A stretch of 64,000 bases of DNA, from assembly GCA_024679065.1 (NCBI GenBank), contig JAGIQG010000040.1:3596001-3660000 (forward strand). The letters are read 5' to 3'. This document shows positions 48,642-62,915 of the stretch, in pieces. Below the pieces are notes generated by a model, which did no database searches, was not told the origin of the DNA, and saw nothing but the letters and a program-made list of their open reading frames with translations. Each line of letters starts with the position of its first letter. The first letter of the stretch is position 1. The position numbers were made by a program, and so were the translations under genes. This stretch comes from Sphyrna mokarran. Lineage: Eukaryota.

Positions 48642-51600
48642 ATATTAACAAACATCGCAATCATGTCATTTAATGACAGTGTTACTGAAATCCATTAAAA
48701 GCAATGGAGCTTGGAAAGGCGATTAGGAGGCTTGAACCTGCTCCTTCACTGATTCAGGTAAATCTGAGCGGTGTAACAAACTGAAAACATCTCACGTCAG
48801 AAACATAATGAGCTGCACAGAAGGGACGGTATCATTTAAACGTCCTTAAGCAAGTCTCTTCCCAATTTCCTACCAGAGATGACAAGAGAAACTCCTGTTG
48901 AGTTTGCACAAGGTCTGCACTTCAGGACACGAGGCGAGATTATGTTTTATATGTTCATCCAGGTAACAATTCTCATTTGTTTTCAGAGTTTTGGTGAGAG
49001 CAATAAACCTTCAGTTCTAGAACAGTAATCGAAACAGCAGCGAAAAAGTCAAATTCTAACTACCAGCTTAACCACCAGCATGTTTTAGAATTTACTTTAT
49101 CCGAGCTGCTTTTGTTACTTTAATTTTCAGGCCAGATCACGTTCACCACAAACAGCTTTCTCCTGCAAAATGGCAGCTTCCGATTCTACTCTGGTGTGTT
49201 CAGCCAATGACAACAATCCATGGACAATCGAATATAATTGTCACTTTCGCCTCCGACAGTTTGAAACCGAACAGAAATAGTTTTCAATGCAGAGGGAAAA
49301 GTTTCATCATTCAGTATCAATATAAACGATGAAATCTGCCCCACTGTACGTTGCAACAACATTTCAATCGTTAGTATTTTCCAGCCTATCACTGTCATTT
49401 CCTTTCTGTGCTTGTTCTTGAACTGTTGCACACGTGAAATTTCCAGATTTGATATAAACTTACAAGCCTCACTTGACTGATTCTTGTAGATCTGCTTTCG
49501 ATCGGAGAGTAAATCAGATGATTATTAATGGTTTGCTGAGAGCAAATAATCCTATTTTCCTCAGCGGGGACTGAAAATGGATATCACTGGGGAAGTGCTG
49601 AACACAAACCATTAGACTGCCAGGCAACCCGGTGAACTGCGCTTTTCAAACTAACTCAACATTATATCCCTTTGCTTACTATTTTTATCTCAAATCTTTT
49701 TCATTTGTGATACATTTTTCCTTCAAAATATCCTGTTTGGATGGAACATAACTGCTTCTTTTACTCAATGACAACACGTATTGAGCTGGGTCATTGAACT
49801 GACAGCGAGGTGATATGGTCCCACAAGCTGCTGATGTTTAGAAGTATGAGGGGGCATCTGATGGAGGTGTATAACAATATAAATTGATTGATAAAGTGAA
49901 GGTAGACCATGGGGCAATCCAGGCCAAGAGGTAGAATGGGTAGATTTTAAACTGAGATGAGGAAGAACTAGTTCTCGCAAAGGGTGATGAATTGGTGGAA
50001 CTTCTTGACCTATGACGTAGCGGATTCTGAATCATTGCATGATTTCAAAAGGGATAGATATATTTCTGATAAAGAAAATACATTAAAGGGATATGAGGAA
50101 CAAGTGGGAAGGGTATTTCAGATCAAGGAAATGTCAACCATTTTCTGATTGAATACTAGAGCAGGACCAATTGAATGAACTTGCTTATATCTGCTCTCAA
50201 TTCCTGTGTTTCTACGTGTAAATTTCAATTTTCAAGCCTACCAACCTCATCACTGTGGTTCTGGTGAAATATAGTGGTTCACGTGGTTGAGCGACCTTTG
50301 CAGCTGGTGACTATGTTGCTGGTTCTGTGACGTGGAATCTGAATGCAGTGATCGGATTTCTGAACTCGGTGAAAGATTGTTCTGTTTTGCTCAAGCCGCT
50401 GATGGATTTGCTGAAGAGAATTCTGAGAATTTTAAATCCTCAGAAAATGGAAATCTAAACATTGAGGAAATTTCAGCAAATTTCACAACAATCACTTTGC
50501 AGATGTTGCAGTGAGTTAGTCTCCTGGCGTCATTGCATGAGCCCCAGAGAAGGATTGATCAAAGCGCTGAGAGGCAGCGAAGTTGCAATGGTTATTGTGT
50601 CTTCCTTGAAGTGTAATTCACTCTGTTATCTGTCTAATTTTAACAAGATTTAGGAGGCGAGAGGCCAGAGTGCGAAACGTCATCCATGGAATCAACAGTG
50701 CCCTGAAGGAACACTTTTACTCCAACACACACATAAAAAACACAATAAATGCCAGACTCCAGTCGAATTGTTATTGTGTGATACCAACGGTTTCTTTTTT
50801 TTCCAACAGAGGACTTAAAGAACAAGCATTGAATTTACTATCCTTCGGCCAGATTTTCCCTGTGAATATTCTGACAGAGATATTAATGCCGTTGCTTTAA
50901 TAGTTGTTTCCTTTCTGGGAAAACAGGGAAATAAATTTTCCCCAAATATCTCCTCAAACCTGCTTCACTAACTTGGGACTAAAGTGATACAACACCACCA
51001 TCTGTTGGCGCCGATAGCAACTACAGATACAACGACAGAATACAACTGCATTCACATTTTTTCCCCTTCCGACCTGCTTTCATTGTCTCTCGTTTTCTGA
51101 GAGTCAATACATAACTTATCGTGTGTTTCTGTGTCTACTATTAGCCGACGTTGGTTTATTGAAAATACCTCCAACATATTATTTATAAAAAAGTATTTCA
51201 AATATTATTAAATTCGGAAATTTAACTCATATTTGATCTTGGGTTTCCATTTTCCTGCAGATTCACTTCTTTCTCAGATAGATCAGAAATCTGTCTGCCC
51301 AAACTTGAAATGTATTCAACAAGGAAATTACACAGCAAGCCGGCAAAGATCAGTGGAATGAGGACTGAGTTAAACTTTCATCAGAATATTGCTTTTATAA
51401 TTGCAAAGTCCTGAGATTAACAGCAGATAATACACATTTCAGGCGTTTCAATTCTTTGAGAGATGAATGTCTGCTGTGTTTTACAAGGTGAATGTCACCA
51501 GATCAACAATGATGACATTGGTGGGGTTTAGAAATTCAAAGTTACACGTGAACAGCTTGTGGGTTTATTTAATTTATTATTGCCATCTTGCGGTGTGTTT

Positions 51601-54600
51601 TATGTTTTGATAAAGCGTGTATTTATATTACAAGCATTAGATGGTGGAAATTGACAGAATTTGTGGACGCACATCACATTCCAAACACTTCCATGTGTCA
51701 CCTGTGTTCCTGAAGTATATTGATAATCTTGTCCAAAAAACTGACAAAACTTTCTTTTTCCCTGTCTATGTTTATAGATCTATGGATTAAAAACCAAATT
51801 TGAGACAATTTAGGGAGAATTTGTTTTGCCAATTAGCCTAAGAGCACATCTTTGGGATGTGGGAGGAAACCGGAGCACCCGGAGACAACTCACGCAAGCA
51901 TGGGAAGAATGCGCAAACTCCCACAGACGCAGGCCCAAATCCATGTATCTGCACAGAACAGCGATAGTCACTGAGCTATCGTGTTGCCCATCAAATGGTC
52001 CAGGTCAAGCGTACACTAAAGACGTGAAGCACTAGTTTATTCTCAAAAAAAAAATCCAAGAGCAGCCTCTCACGACCCATCGCGTGTATGCCCCTTGTTA
52101 GACAACAAGGTGAACAAAAGCACCAGTTGGATAAAAACAAGTACATCAATATCATTAGCTATTTACACACTTCCCAGGGACTCCCAAGGCTTATGATCTC
52201 TATTTTAAAACAGTTTGCTGTATCCCTCCATTCCCATTCTGTTCATGGGCCCATCTAAGCATTTCTTAAATAATTCCACAGTGCCTGCCCCCTCCACTTT
52301 CCTTGGCAATTTACTAATGTGATTAAGGAATCACATTATCTCATGTGGCATTTACACTTCCTATGCTTGAATACTATTCTGCAACTGCAGTCTTGGAGAA
52401 AGAAGTAAAATTCGGAACAAATGTTATTTTCTGAATCTTATGTTAGATCAATGAATTGGCATATGGCCAAGATTATATAATATATATAAGGCAAGAAAGG
52501 GTAAACAGTTGGAAGCTTTTCCTTAGGTCGGAAATGACAAACACACGGAGTCACAAATTCAAGGTAAAGGCGCTGGGTTCAACACAGATGTGCATGGAAC
52601 ACATTTCTCACAGACAGTGGTGGGGCCAAAAATGCACTCATAAGCAAAGTGGTTGAAACAGGCATTCCAGGATCATTTAAGAGTTGTCAACACATGAGCA
52701 GTTTGGGAATAGAGGGATACAAACAGATGGTCTAGTTAGGAACACATGATCGGACCGAAGGGCCTGTTCCTGTACCGTATTGTTTTTTGTTCTCAATTTC
52801 TATCTTGGACTGACAATGTTGACGTTTTTTTACAGGCTATTAAAAGGTCAGTGTTAAAAATCAAACAAAAGAATGGTTTGGAACCTGGCGGATTCATTGA
52901 ATTCATCAGAACCTGAATGTCATTATGTCATGAAGAGATCTGAAATTAAGAATGGAAATTATAAACTGATTTTCTCTTTAACCAGAACTTGTGTAGGTAA
53001 GTGAGCACAGGAATTCAGATATATTCAAATTTATCTTGGGTGGAATGTGGGAGGCTCAAGGAAATAAAGGAATGAATGAAAGTTTCAGAAACAGGGCAGG
53101 TCATGTCGAGTGATGTTACTGGGATATGTTTGGAACTGGACGGGAGATCATTGAAATCACATTGGTTTTTCCTATCACAGGTTCTCCGTGAACAGAAAGA
53201 TGTTTTTGGTTTCACTGTTCCTGTATAAGTGGGGCATATTTCCCAACCCCTTGAAACAGGGTGGACTCAAAGGATTTGTCCATTTACACGCAATGAAAAT
53301 GCAGCAAGAGGCTCTCAACATGAACCATTTATTCATAGACAAATGTTGGACAGAGAAAGTAAAGATTTACAGAGATCACTGAAAATAATTGTGTTACATA
53401 TGTTTCCACAGTCCAGAATTACAATGTCTCTTCAGAGATAATGAAGTGTGTGTTTCTTGCCCTTGCCAGATAATTTCCCTTTGTTCAGACATCACAGACA
53501 GACATAAACTCAGGATTTTAGAAAGCGTTTTGCCTCAATCAGAGAGCTCATATTCCAATAATTCCATCTAATGGTTATCGTTTAAATCATTAAATATATC
53601 TCTCCGCCTCATGTCTTCCCATGTCTCCGTTTTTCTTTCCATATCCATCTCCCTCGCCATTTTCCCCAATCTCTATCGTTATCTCTCTCACTCTGTGAGA
53701 TTCTCTCATTGCTCGTTCACTCTGCGTCTCTCTTGGTCTCTCTGTTTCTTTCCATGTATCTGTCAGAAATTCTTACAAAATCTGTCAATCTCCATGCCTT
53801 TGTGTCCTTTCCTGTCTCTGTCAATCACTGTGTTTCTATCACTTTCACTGTTGCTCACACTGCCTGTCTCTCTCTCTCTTTCTGCCTTACTCTCTTGTTT
53901 TGTATGTTGCTCTGTGTCTTTTACTGTCTGTAACTGTCGCTCTGCCTTTCCCTCAATCTCCACCTCTTTATCCTCTTCCTTTGAGTCTCCTGCTGCCCCT
54001 CAGTCTCATTTCGCTTGTCATGCTCCATCTCCATCTCCCTCTCCATCACCATAGCTGAACACCTTCTCGTATCTCTCTCTCTACCTCACTATGTTTTTTG
54101 CTTTTGCTATGTTATTGTATTCGATCAGTTCACTCTTTCTCATTCGCTGATGCTCTCTCTCTTTCCCTATACCTCTGTTTCTCTCTGCCTCTGACTACTA
54201 TTCTATCTGCCTTTCCCTTTCAACCTTCCTCTCCCTTTCTTATTACATCTTCCCATCTGTCTTCCCATGTCACCGTTTTTCTTTCCATAGCCATCTCCCT
54301 CGCCATTTTCCCCAATCTCTATCGTTATCTCTCTCACTCTGAGATTCTCTTATTGCTCTTTCACTCTGCCTCTCTCTTGGTCTCTCTGTTTCCTTCCATG
54401 TATCTGTCAGAAACTCGTACAAAATCTGTCAATCTCCATGTCCTTGTGTTCTTTCCTCTCTCTGTCAATCACCGTGTTTCTATCACTTTCACTGTTGCTC
54501 ACACTGCCTGTCCTCTTTACCTGTCACTTTTTCTGCCTCAGCACATTTTAGTGAGCTGTTTGTTATTTAAAATTTGAATGTTCAATAGGAAGAGTCAGTG

Positions 54601-54622
54601 GTCTTGTAGTTGTGGTTTCCTC

Positions 54623-57600
54623 TCAGGATGTAATGAGTTGACGAATTGCAGTAAGAGGATATTTCAGCAGATCTTTTAGCTGTTGTCTGAATTGAGTCTG
54701 TGTCACAGCATAAATGGCAGTGTTTGTGCAGCAACTTGTGAGTTGCAGCATGAATCCCAATTCCATAACAAAATAATCTATCCATATTGACCGGAAACCC
54801 AAATCATACATCCGAAACCATAGAGAATAAACCATTAATGTCGACCATAATAAGATGAAATTGGCAGAAATAACAAACAGTAAAATGATGGATTTCCTTC
54901 GACTCTCCATCTCTGGGTCTTTGGGACTTTCCCCATTGCTTTGAATCCGGAGTCTCCTGCGGGCTCTGCTGCTCACTAAAATGTGCCTGATGGTAAGAGC
55001 ATTGAGCAGCAGAATCAGAATGAATGGGACACATGGGGTTAGAATGTGGTGGAGGAACTCGATTGTTACCCAGATTGGAGATGCCACAAAATCATACATG
55101 GCCAAACAAAACCAGGGGACATTCCCCAGCCAATATGCTTCTAATAACATAAAATACCAGAAAATGTTCTTTAAACAGCTCAGCACTGTCACTGTTCCCA
55201 GAACCACAGCTGCCGATTTCTCACTACAATATTTACTTTTTAGTTTAGGGCAGCAAATGGCCACAAATCGATCAAAGGTGAAGGTGACGGTGAACCAGAC
55301 AGAAAAGTCAGTGACTGCATAAAGCAGGACGGCATGGATGTTACACAAGGGGACTGCTAGCAGGAAACTAAACTGTTCTGGATAAACAATGGGAATGTGT
55401 CTCAATATCAGGTCGATGATAATGACCAGCAGATCCCCCACTGACATGGCCACCAGGTAATAAGTAACACATTTGGACAGACCACAGTTTCTGCTCGTCA
55501 GTGTCACAATTGTGATTATATTCACTGTAAGGAAGAAAATAAAAATTGAAAATAGACATGGTTTGCGACAGAAATGACCATTTAGACTGAGGATGGGTTA
55601 AAATTTTAAAAAATGTACACACATATAAATGATTTATTTTTAATCCAGCACGATTTTTGCAGTGTGAGAGGAAAATTGGGCATTTGGAGGAAACGCACGC
55701 AGCAAGGGGGACAAGGTCCAAACTCCACACAGACACCGATCCAAGCCTGGAACTGAACTGAGGTCCCTGATGCTGACAGTCAGCTGAGTTAACCACTATG
55801 CCACTTTGCTGCTCCATGGTAGGGACACAACGTACATATTCCAGAGAATCCATAACATTGACCCTCATTCAGCTACAGATAAATAGTCCCTATACCTTGT
55901 GAGGAATTTGGAGCATAAGAAGACTGAAAGAGTAAACCCTGACAGGAAATTCGGAGTGGAGTCTGTAGGTGGTAATCTGTCATATCTTAGACACCCTATA
56001 GGCAAACGCTGCAACAGGGCTGATACCAAACTGTGCTGGTTTCACCTTTTTCTCTGGAGAATATTAACAGTTGGCAGAAGGAGAATTTGATGCCTCAAAA
56101 TTCAGATTCTTATACTTACACAGAATTGTACCCTGGAGAGGAGACCACCGATTTGTGGCCACACTTTGCACAACACAGGAAGAAATAGTAATCTCACACT
56201 CGACTGGAACAGAACTCAGGTGCCACGATTTGCTTTCAAAAGTAGAAAAAAAGTTTCAGGGTTCAGTGAATAGCTACTGTCGATAGTGCCCAGTGAGGTT
56301 GCTGCTCTCCCACTTTGGCCTACTGGACCACTGAAGCTCAAAAAGTCTTCTCTCAGTGGGAAAGTTGCTAATCTATGCATCAGGTATGAAAAATCCAAAC
56401 CAAGGCCGCTACAAAATAAAAGTCAAGCAGACTGCCTTAATGACTATCGTCCGATTCCTCTAATATTCAATATTATGAAACGCTTCATTAGTTTCATCAT
56501 GGTATGAATCAATTTCAGTAGCCCAGATTGACTGGATCCATTATAGTTCATCTGCTCCACAAGTCCACAAATACTATTTCCATAGCCATACAGTCAACCA
56601 CGTAACTCGCGTTTATTATAGAGTCATAGAGTCATAGACGTTTACAGCTTGGGAACACGTCCGTCTGCCCAATTTGGCCATGCCACCCATTTTTTAAAAC
56701 TCTAAACTAATCCCTCTTGCCCGCATTTGGCCCAAATGCCTCTATACCATCGCATCCATTTAACTATCTCACCACTTTTTAAAAGATAACATTGTACACG
56801 CCTCTGCTACTACCTCTGGCAGATTGTTCCTGACACTCACCAACATCAATGTGAAGGAAAAAATAGCTGTCTGGATACGTCTGAATCTCTCCCCTCTCAC
56901 CTTAAAACTATGCTCTCTAGTTTTAACCTTCCCTACCCTTTGGAAAAGATATTGACTATCAACATTGTCTATGCCCCTCATTATTTTATAGACACCCATA
57001 AGGTCACCCCTCAACCTCCATGTTCCAGAGAAGAAAGTCCCAGTCTATTCAGCCTCTCCTTATAACTCAATCCATCAAATCCCAGTAGCATCTTTGCAAA
57101 TCTTTTCTCAGCTCTTTCCAGTTTAATAATATTCTTTCTATAATACGGTGACTAAAATTGCACACAGTATTCCGAGTGTCGCCTTATCAGTGTCTTGTAC
57201 AACTTCAACAAGACGTCTCAACTTCTGTATTCAATGTTCTGACCAATGAAACCAAGCATGCCAAATCCTTTCTTCACCACAGTGTCCATCTGTGACTACA
57301 CTTTCAAGGAGCTTTGAATAGGTACCCCTGATCACCTTTTTTAATAATCGAGAACATATAACACTACAGCACAGAACAGGCCCTTCGGCCTTCGATGTTG
57401 TGCCGACCAAAATAAAAAGCAATGCCCCTCCAAACTAAACCATTCCCTTCTCTTCAATATACTTATCAATTAACCTCTTAAACGCCACCAAACTTGGCGC
57501 ATCTACAACTGCTGCAGGCAGGGCATTCCACTCCCGAACCACCATTTGGGTAAAGAACCTACCTCTGATATCCGTCCTATAACTATCACCCCTTAATTTT

Positions 57601-60600
57601 AAAGCTGTGTCCCCTCGTGCTAGCTTTCTCCATCCTCGGAAAAAGGCTATTACGGTCCACCCTATCTGAACCTCTAATCATCTTATATGCTTCGATAACA
57701 TCCCCTCCTTTCTAACGAAATCAACCTCAAATCCTTCAGCCTCTCTTCATAGGACCTGCCCTCCATACCAGGCAACATCCTGGTAAACCTCCTCGGTACC
57801 CTCTCCAGTGCCTCCACATCTTTCTTATAATGTGGGGACCAGAACTGCACACAATACTCCAAGTGCGGCCGCACTAGAGTTTTGTACAGTTGCAACATGA
57901 CGTTGCGGCTCCTAAATTCAATCCCCCTACCAATAAAAGCTAAGACTCCATATGCCTTCTTAACAACCTTATCTACTTGACTGCCTACTTTCAGGGATCT
58001 ATGCACATATACACCAAGATCCCTCTGTTCCTCAACACTATTAAGAATCCTACCATTAGCCCTATACTCTACACATTTATTATTCCAGCCAAAGTGCATT
58101 ACCTCACACTTTTCCACATTAAACTCCATTTGCCACCTCTTGGCCCAGCTCTGCAACTTGTCCAAGTCTCTCTGCAAACTATAACACACCTCTTCACTAT
58201 CTACCACTCCACCGACTTTAGTGTCATCTGCAATGCAATCTCTCCAATGCCCTCCCATTAACTCAGTAAGACCTGCCTAGGTTCAATCTACCAAAATGCA
58301 TTATGTCGCATTTGTCTAAATTAAACTCCATCTGCCATTCGTCATCCCACTGGGCCAGTTGACCAAAATCCTGCTGGAACTGGAGATAATCTTCCCCACT
58401 GTCAACCATGCCACCAATCTTGGTGACATCTGCAACTTATTAACCATGTCTCCGATATTCTCATCCAAATCGTTCATATAACAGACAAATAACAGTGGGC
58501 ACAGCACCGAGTCCTGAGGCACACCACGAGTCACAGGCCTCCAGTTTGAAAAACAACCCTTTACAATCAACCTCTGGCTTTTGTCATGAAGCCAATTTTG
58601 TATCCATTTACACACCTCAGGCTGGATTCCGTGAGACTTAATTTTCTGCAACAACCCACCATGCGGTATCTTGTCAAAGGCCTTGCTAAAGTCCATATAG
58701 ACGACATCAACTGCACTGCCCTCATTTACCTTTGTGGTTACTCCTTCAAAAAACTCAACCAAATTTGTGAGACATGATTTTCCACTCATAAAGCCATGTC
58801 GACTGTCCCTAGTCAGTCCTTACATCTCTAAATGCCTTTCAAAATACTTTTGAAAGGCACTTTGCCCTGGATGCCCTGTTCTCACGAGGGCATCCTTCAG
58901 TGTCTGGAGGTGTCTGTCACGATCCTCCTCATCTGAGCAAATTCTGTGTATACGGAGGGCTTGTGCATAGGGAATGGCTTCTTTAACGTGTCCAGGGTGG
59001 AAGCTGGAGAAGTGGAGCATTGTGAGGTTGTCTGTCGGTTTGCTGTACAGTGAGGTGCTGAGGTGACCGTCCTTGAACAGGATATGGCGCTCGACTCATC
59101 GATCGACAGTTCCGACGTGCCACAATGATAAACCGCACTGAACTCCTCAGAAGACGAACGCGGGACACGGTGGACAGAGTACCCTTTGTTGTCCAGTACT
59201 TCCCCGGAGCGGAGAAGCTACGACATCTTCTCCGGAGTCTTCAACATATCATTGATGACGATGAACATCGCGCTAGGGCCATCCCCACCCCCCCACTTCT
59301 TGCTTTCAGACAACCGCACAACCTCAAACAGATCATTGTTCGCAGCAAACTACCCAACCTTCAGGAGAACAGTGACCACAATACCACACAACACTGCCAC
59401 AGCAACCTCTGCAAGACATGCCAGATCATAGACATGGACGACATCATCAAACATGAGGATACCATTCACCAGGTACACGGTACATACTTTTGCAACTCGG
59501 CCAACGTTGTCTACCTAATACGTTGCAAGAAAGGATGTCCCGAAGCGTGGTACATTGGGGAGACCATGCAGACACTACGACAGCGGATGAATGGACATCG
59601 CTCAACAATCACCAGGCAAAACAGTTCCCTTCCTGTGGGCGAACACTTCAGCAGTCATGGGCTTTCGGCCTCCGACCTGCGGGTAAATGTTCTTCAAGGG
59701 GGCTTTCGTGATACACGACAGCGCAGAGTCGCTGAACAGAGACTGATAGCCAAGCTCCGCACACATGAGGACGGTCTTAACAGGGATCTTGGCTTCATGA
59801 CAACTATCTGTAACCCCCGTAACTTGCCTGGGTTAGCAAAAAACCTCACTTACTGTGCTGTCTGGAGAAAATACACAACTCTCTAACAATGCTCAGGATC
59901 CCCTTCACACACATTGTTAGCCACTTTAACACTTGAATAGCCGGTTAGATGTAAGGATTCGCATTCTAATCAGCAATCTCTGACTGTCTGTGCTGATGTG
60001 TGCTATTGCAGACCAGAACACTGCATTTGCCTGAGGAAGACACGGAGTATTGAAAGCTCGCAATTTTACTATCAAATAAATCAGTTGGATTAAAAATTGG
60101 TGTTGCTAAACTTTTTACTTCGAGCAGAGATGGCTGGGGGAAACGGATATTGTGAATGGTGGTTGGACTGCTTTCAGTTGGGGGGGGAACCTCAGTAATA
60201 TGTATAAAATTACACTACGCATAGATAAAAAAATGTATTTCTCTTTAGTGGAGGTGTCAATAACCAGAGGGGCGTGGATTGAAGGTAACGGGCAGGTTTC
60301 TGTGTGGATTTGACGAGAAATATTCCCGTCCACAGGGTCGAAAGGACTCATTTTGTGCTGTTAATAAACGATGGTTACTAGATCACCCTCAGCAGCTCAC
60401 TTGGAGCTCTCACCGCGCTAACTGGGATACGAACCACAGACAAAACCCATGCATTTGCAAATGCGCAATCGCAGCGAGCAGTGAGATGCCTATTCTGAGA
60501 AAGACATCGGTCAGCTTTCTGCTACTCCAGCTAGCTTCAACGCAGTCGGTGCCCTCAGATAGTCGTGGGGTGTGGGCAGCAGCTCTTAATGAGGAGCCTC

Positions 60601-62915
60601 GCCTGAATATGTTCAAACCAATCACTCCCCTTCCCCAAACAAACTGATGCAGAAAAGTAGTGATACCCTCTCTCTACCCCACTGAGCATGCAGAGGGGCA
60701 TCAAGACCTCTTCCTTAACTCGCTGTGCATGTAGGGAGCAGCGAGGTCCCTCGCTATCCCACTGTCCATGCAGCGAGGCAGTGACGCCTCTCCCTATCCC
60801 ACTGTCCATGCAGAGAGGCAGTGAGGCCACCTCCCTATTTCACGTTGCATGTAGACAGGCAGCGAAGACCCCTCTCTATCCCATTGTGCATGCAGAGAGG
60901 CAAAAAGACCCATCCCTGTCTCACGGATCATGTGCAGAGTGGCTGTAGGACACACAACCCTCACCAATTTCATGCATAGCGGCAGCAGGGCTGCACTCTC
61001 TCATCCGCCAATCGGATACAACATGGCACTGGGCCATTTTCCTGATTGCAACGGTTCACTCCGCAAAGACCCATCTGCCTTCAGGCCTTGCCTCTTTCGT
61101 TCCCGGCCCTGCAGATCCCACTTCTGCATGCAAAGGCCCATATGCCCCACTACCTTCAGCCCTCCTCCTGTCGACCTTGCCACATCAGGTCCAATCCCCA
61201 GCACTGTCCAGTTGACAGTGTCCTGTGAGCACATACCTTTACCCTCCACCTTGCTCACTGTCCTCAGTGGCATTCGGTTCTGTTGCCGAAGCCACCACGA
61301 CTCGTCCTCATACATGAGGTTTTCACCAGACATAACTTCTCCTGGTGAGGCTGCAAAGGCAAGTATGCCGGACAAATACATCCCAAGATTGTTAATTTTA
61401 ATTAAACTTGTTTTAAAATTAATTTCAATAATTCATTCAGCTTCTTGCCAGAAATGGGCAGGAGACTGAATCCACTGTCTATCCGTTGCCGGTGAAGGTT
61501 GCAAGAGGCGAGAAATCAGGCGTGGACCTGAGTTCTAGTCTTCCACGCGGTTTTCCGGCTCACGCTGCCACCAATGGCAGGGAGCAGTTTTTATCCTGCG
61601 TCCCTACCGTGTGTATGTTGTGTGCATCTATATTGTCTGTACCAGTGTGCATGTGTGTGTGCGCATTCTGGTGTGAGCAACAGAGTGCCTGGCGAGTGTC
61701 CCAAAGTGTGCATTATTTTAGTCTGTTACAACAATTTTGATTCTTGATTTTGTGTGTGAGTGGGAGTATGTGTATAAACCTGATTGCTTCTACCAGTAAA
61801 TGTGCGTATTAATATATGTGTGTTTGCGTGTGTCTGTGTGTCTGTGTTCCTGTGACTCACGGAGAGCTTGTGGTGATACAGGGGATAGTGTTGCTACATT
61901 ATAGCACTTGGAGCCTGGATCAATTGCAGGTTTGCCAACTGTCTGTGCAGAGTCTTCATGTTCTCTCTGTGTGTCTGCGTGGGTTTCCTCCCACTCTCTG
62001 AAATTTGTGTTGGTTAGGTGTACTGGCCATTCCCCCTCAGGATAAATTCTGAGTGTAAATTCTCCCTCAGTGTACCAAAACAGGCGTTGAAGTGTGGCAA
62101 CTTGGGGATTTTCACAGTAACTTAATTGCAATGTTGATGTTCGTGTATTTGTAACACTGGTGAATTAATTTCAAATTTTATGAAATATGTTCCCTTTCTG
62201 TGAGATCCTGCTGTGCATAATGCAATAAAATTGATTCTGCAGCCTGGTGATTGGGTGGGTGAGCTGGTGTTTTATGCAGAAGGGAAAAGGGGTTCTATCT
62301 CAATCATTTGCTCACGATGGAAGAGCATTTGAGGTCACATGTCTATGCGAAGTCACAGCACACAGAAGATATCGCAGCCCATAGACCTCAAGACAATTGT
62401 CAATGGCTGAAAGAATTAATAACTGAATACAGGGATTCAACAGAAAAAACAAGAGTAGCACACAGAGTCCAGTAAATTCCAAGGAAATCAATACAATTAA
62501 ATAGACTTTCTTAGAATTGGGAACTGGACACAGGGGACAGGACTTTACAGCCTCACTCTTGCACAAAATGCAAAATCCTGCCTGTCATCAACAGACCTTA
62601 CTATTCTCCACATCTCGTTTGCTACGATTCCTGTGGTGGTCGGGCCGGTACAATTCCAGCCAGAGACTTACCTAGAACACCAACAATAGCCAAAAGGGGA
62701 TAGTAAACACATTGAATCGCCTTCAGTAGATATTCAATCCGATCAGCTGATTTTATCCACGAAGCATCTGCAGTAAACTGAGATACCCAATACAATAAAG
62801 TTCTATCCTCGCTCGAAATATTCTGATTCCTTGTTATAACATTCCAGTTCATTGTACTCAGATTCTGATCCATTGTTGTAACATTCCGGTACATTGCCCT
62901 CAGATTCTGGTCCAT
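54623..62915 (-). CDS. Class A GPCR, GPR139/GPR142-like, copy 2: exon 1 62915-62672, exon 2 55524-54623 (~381 aa)
   Basis: Same exon structure as copy 1, and the exon 2 protein is identical. First in-frame ATG at 62915 (the copy 1 start ATG is GTG here). Confidence 0.9.
56625..58845 (-). mobile_element. Degenerate CR1 LINE (paralog of 31890-33230)
   Basis: ORF 58316-58789 matches ORF 32685-33158. Confidence 0.85.
57349..58232 (-). mobile_element. Younger CR1 LINE 3' end nested in the older CR1, specific to copy 2
   Basis: 191-aa open frame (IADDTKVGG...RPHLEYCVQFWSP). Absent at the paralogous site (~32605). Near-identical 3' end at 63819-64000. Confidence 0.88.
58870..60120 (+). mobile_element. 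Penelope-like retroelement, 5'-truncated with an inverted 5' piece (~58870-59075 on minus strand)
   Basis: ORF 59125-59886 with a Cys-rich linker and GIY-YIG endonuclease (NVVYLIRC..WYIGET..LRQRMNGH). Minus-strand RT-thumb fragment (HFSSFHP.HVKEAIPYAQALRIHRICSD). pLTR tail with AATAAA. Confidence 0.9.
60027..60063 (+). ncRNA. Minimal hammerhead-ribozyme motif in Penelope pLTR; similar motifs at 38202-38236 and 63726-63760
   Basis: TTGC-CTGAGGA-(stem II)-GAAA-GC-TC-GCAA. The other copies read CAC-CTGATGA-AGGAGCAGCGTTCT-GAAA-GC-TC-ATG. Confidence 0.6.
60660..60995. repeat. ~40-bp minisatellite, ~8 units
   Basis: Unit ~ccctctctatcccactgtgcatgcagagaggcagtgagac. Confidence 0.75.

Noticed and set aside
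50993-51012. CTCF-like motif (GCGCCAACAGATGGTGG on the minus strand)
   Set aside because: A single imperfect motif match cannot be supported without ChIP or conservation data.
53611-54577. Long Ser/Leu/Phe-rich ORFs (also 29079-29402)
   Set aside because: Artefacts of CT-rich low-complexity sequence.
60930-61740. 179-aa and neighbouring ORFs in the GPCR intron
   Set aside because: They overlap a minisatellite/TE region, and the frames are not preserved in the paralogous copy (35505-35890).
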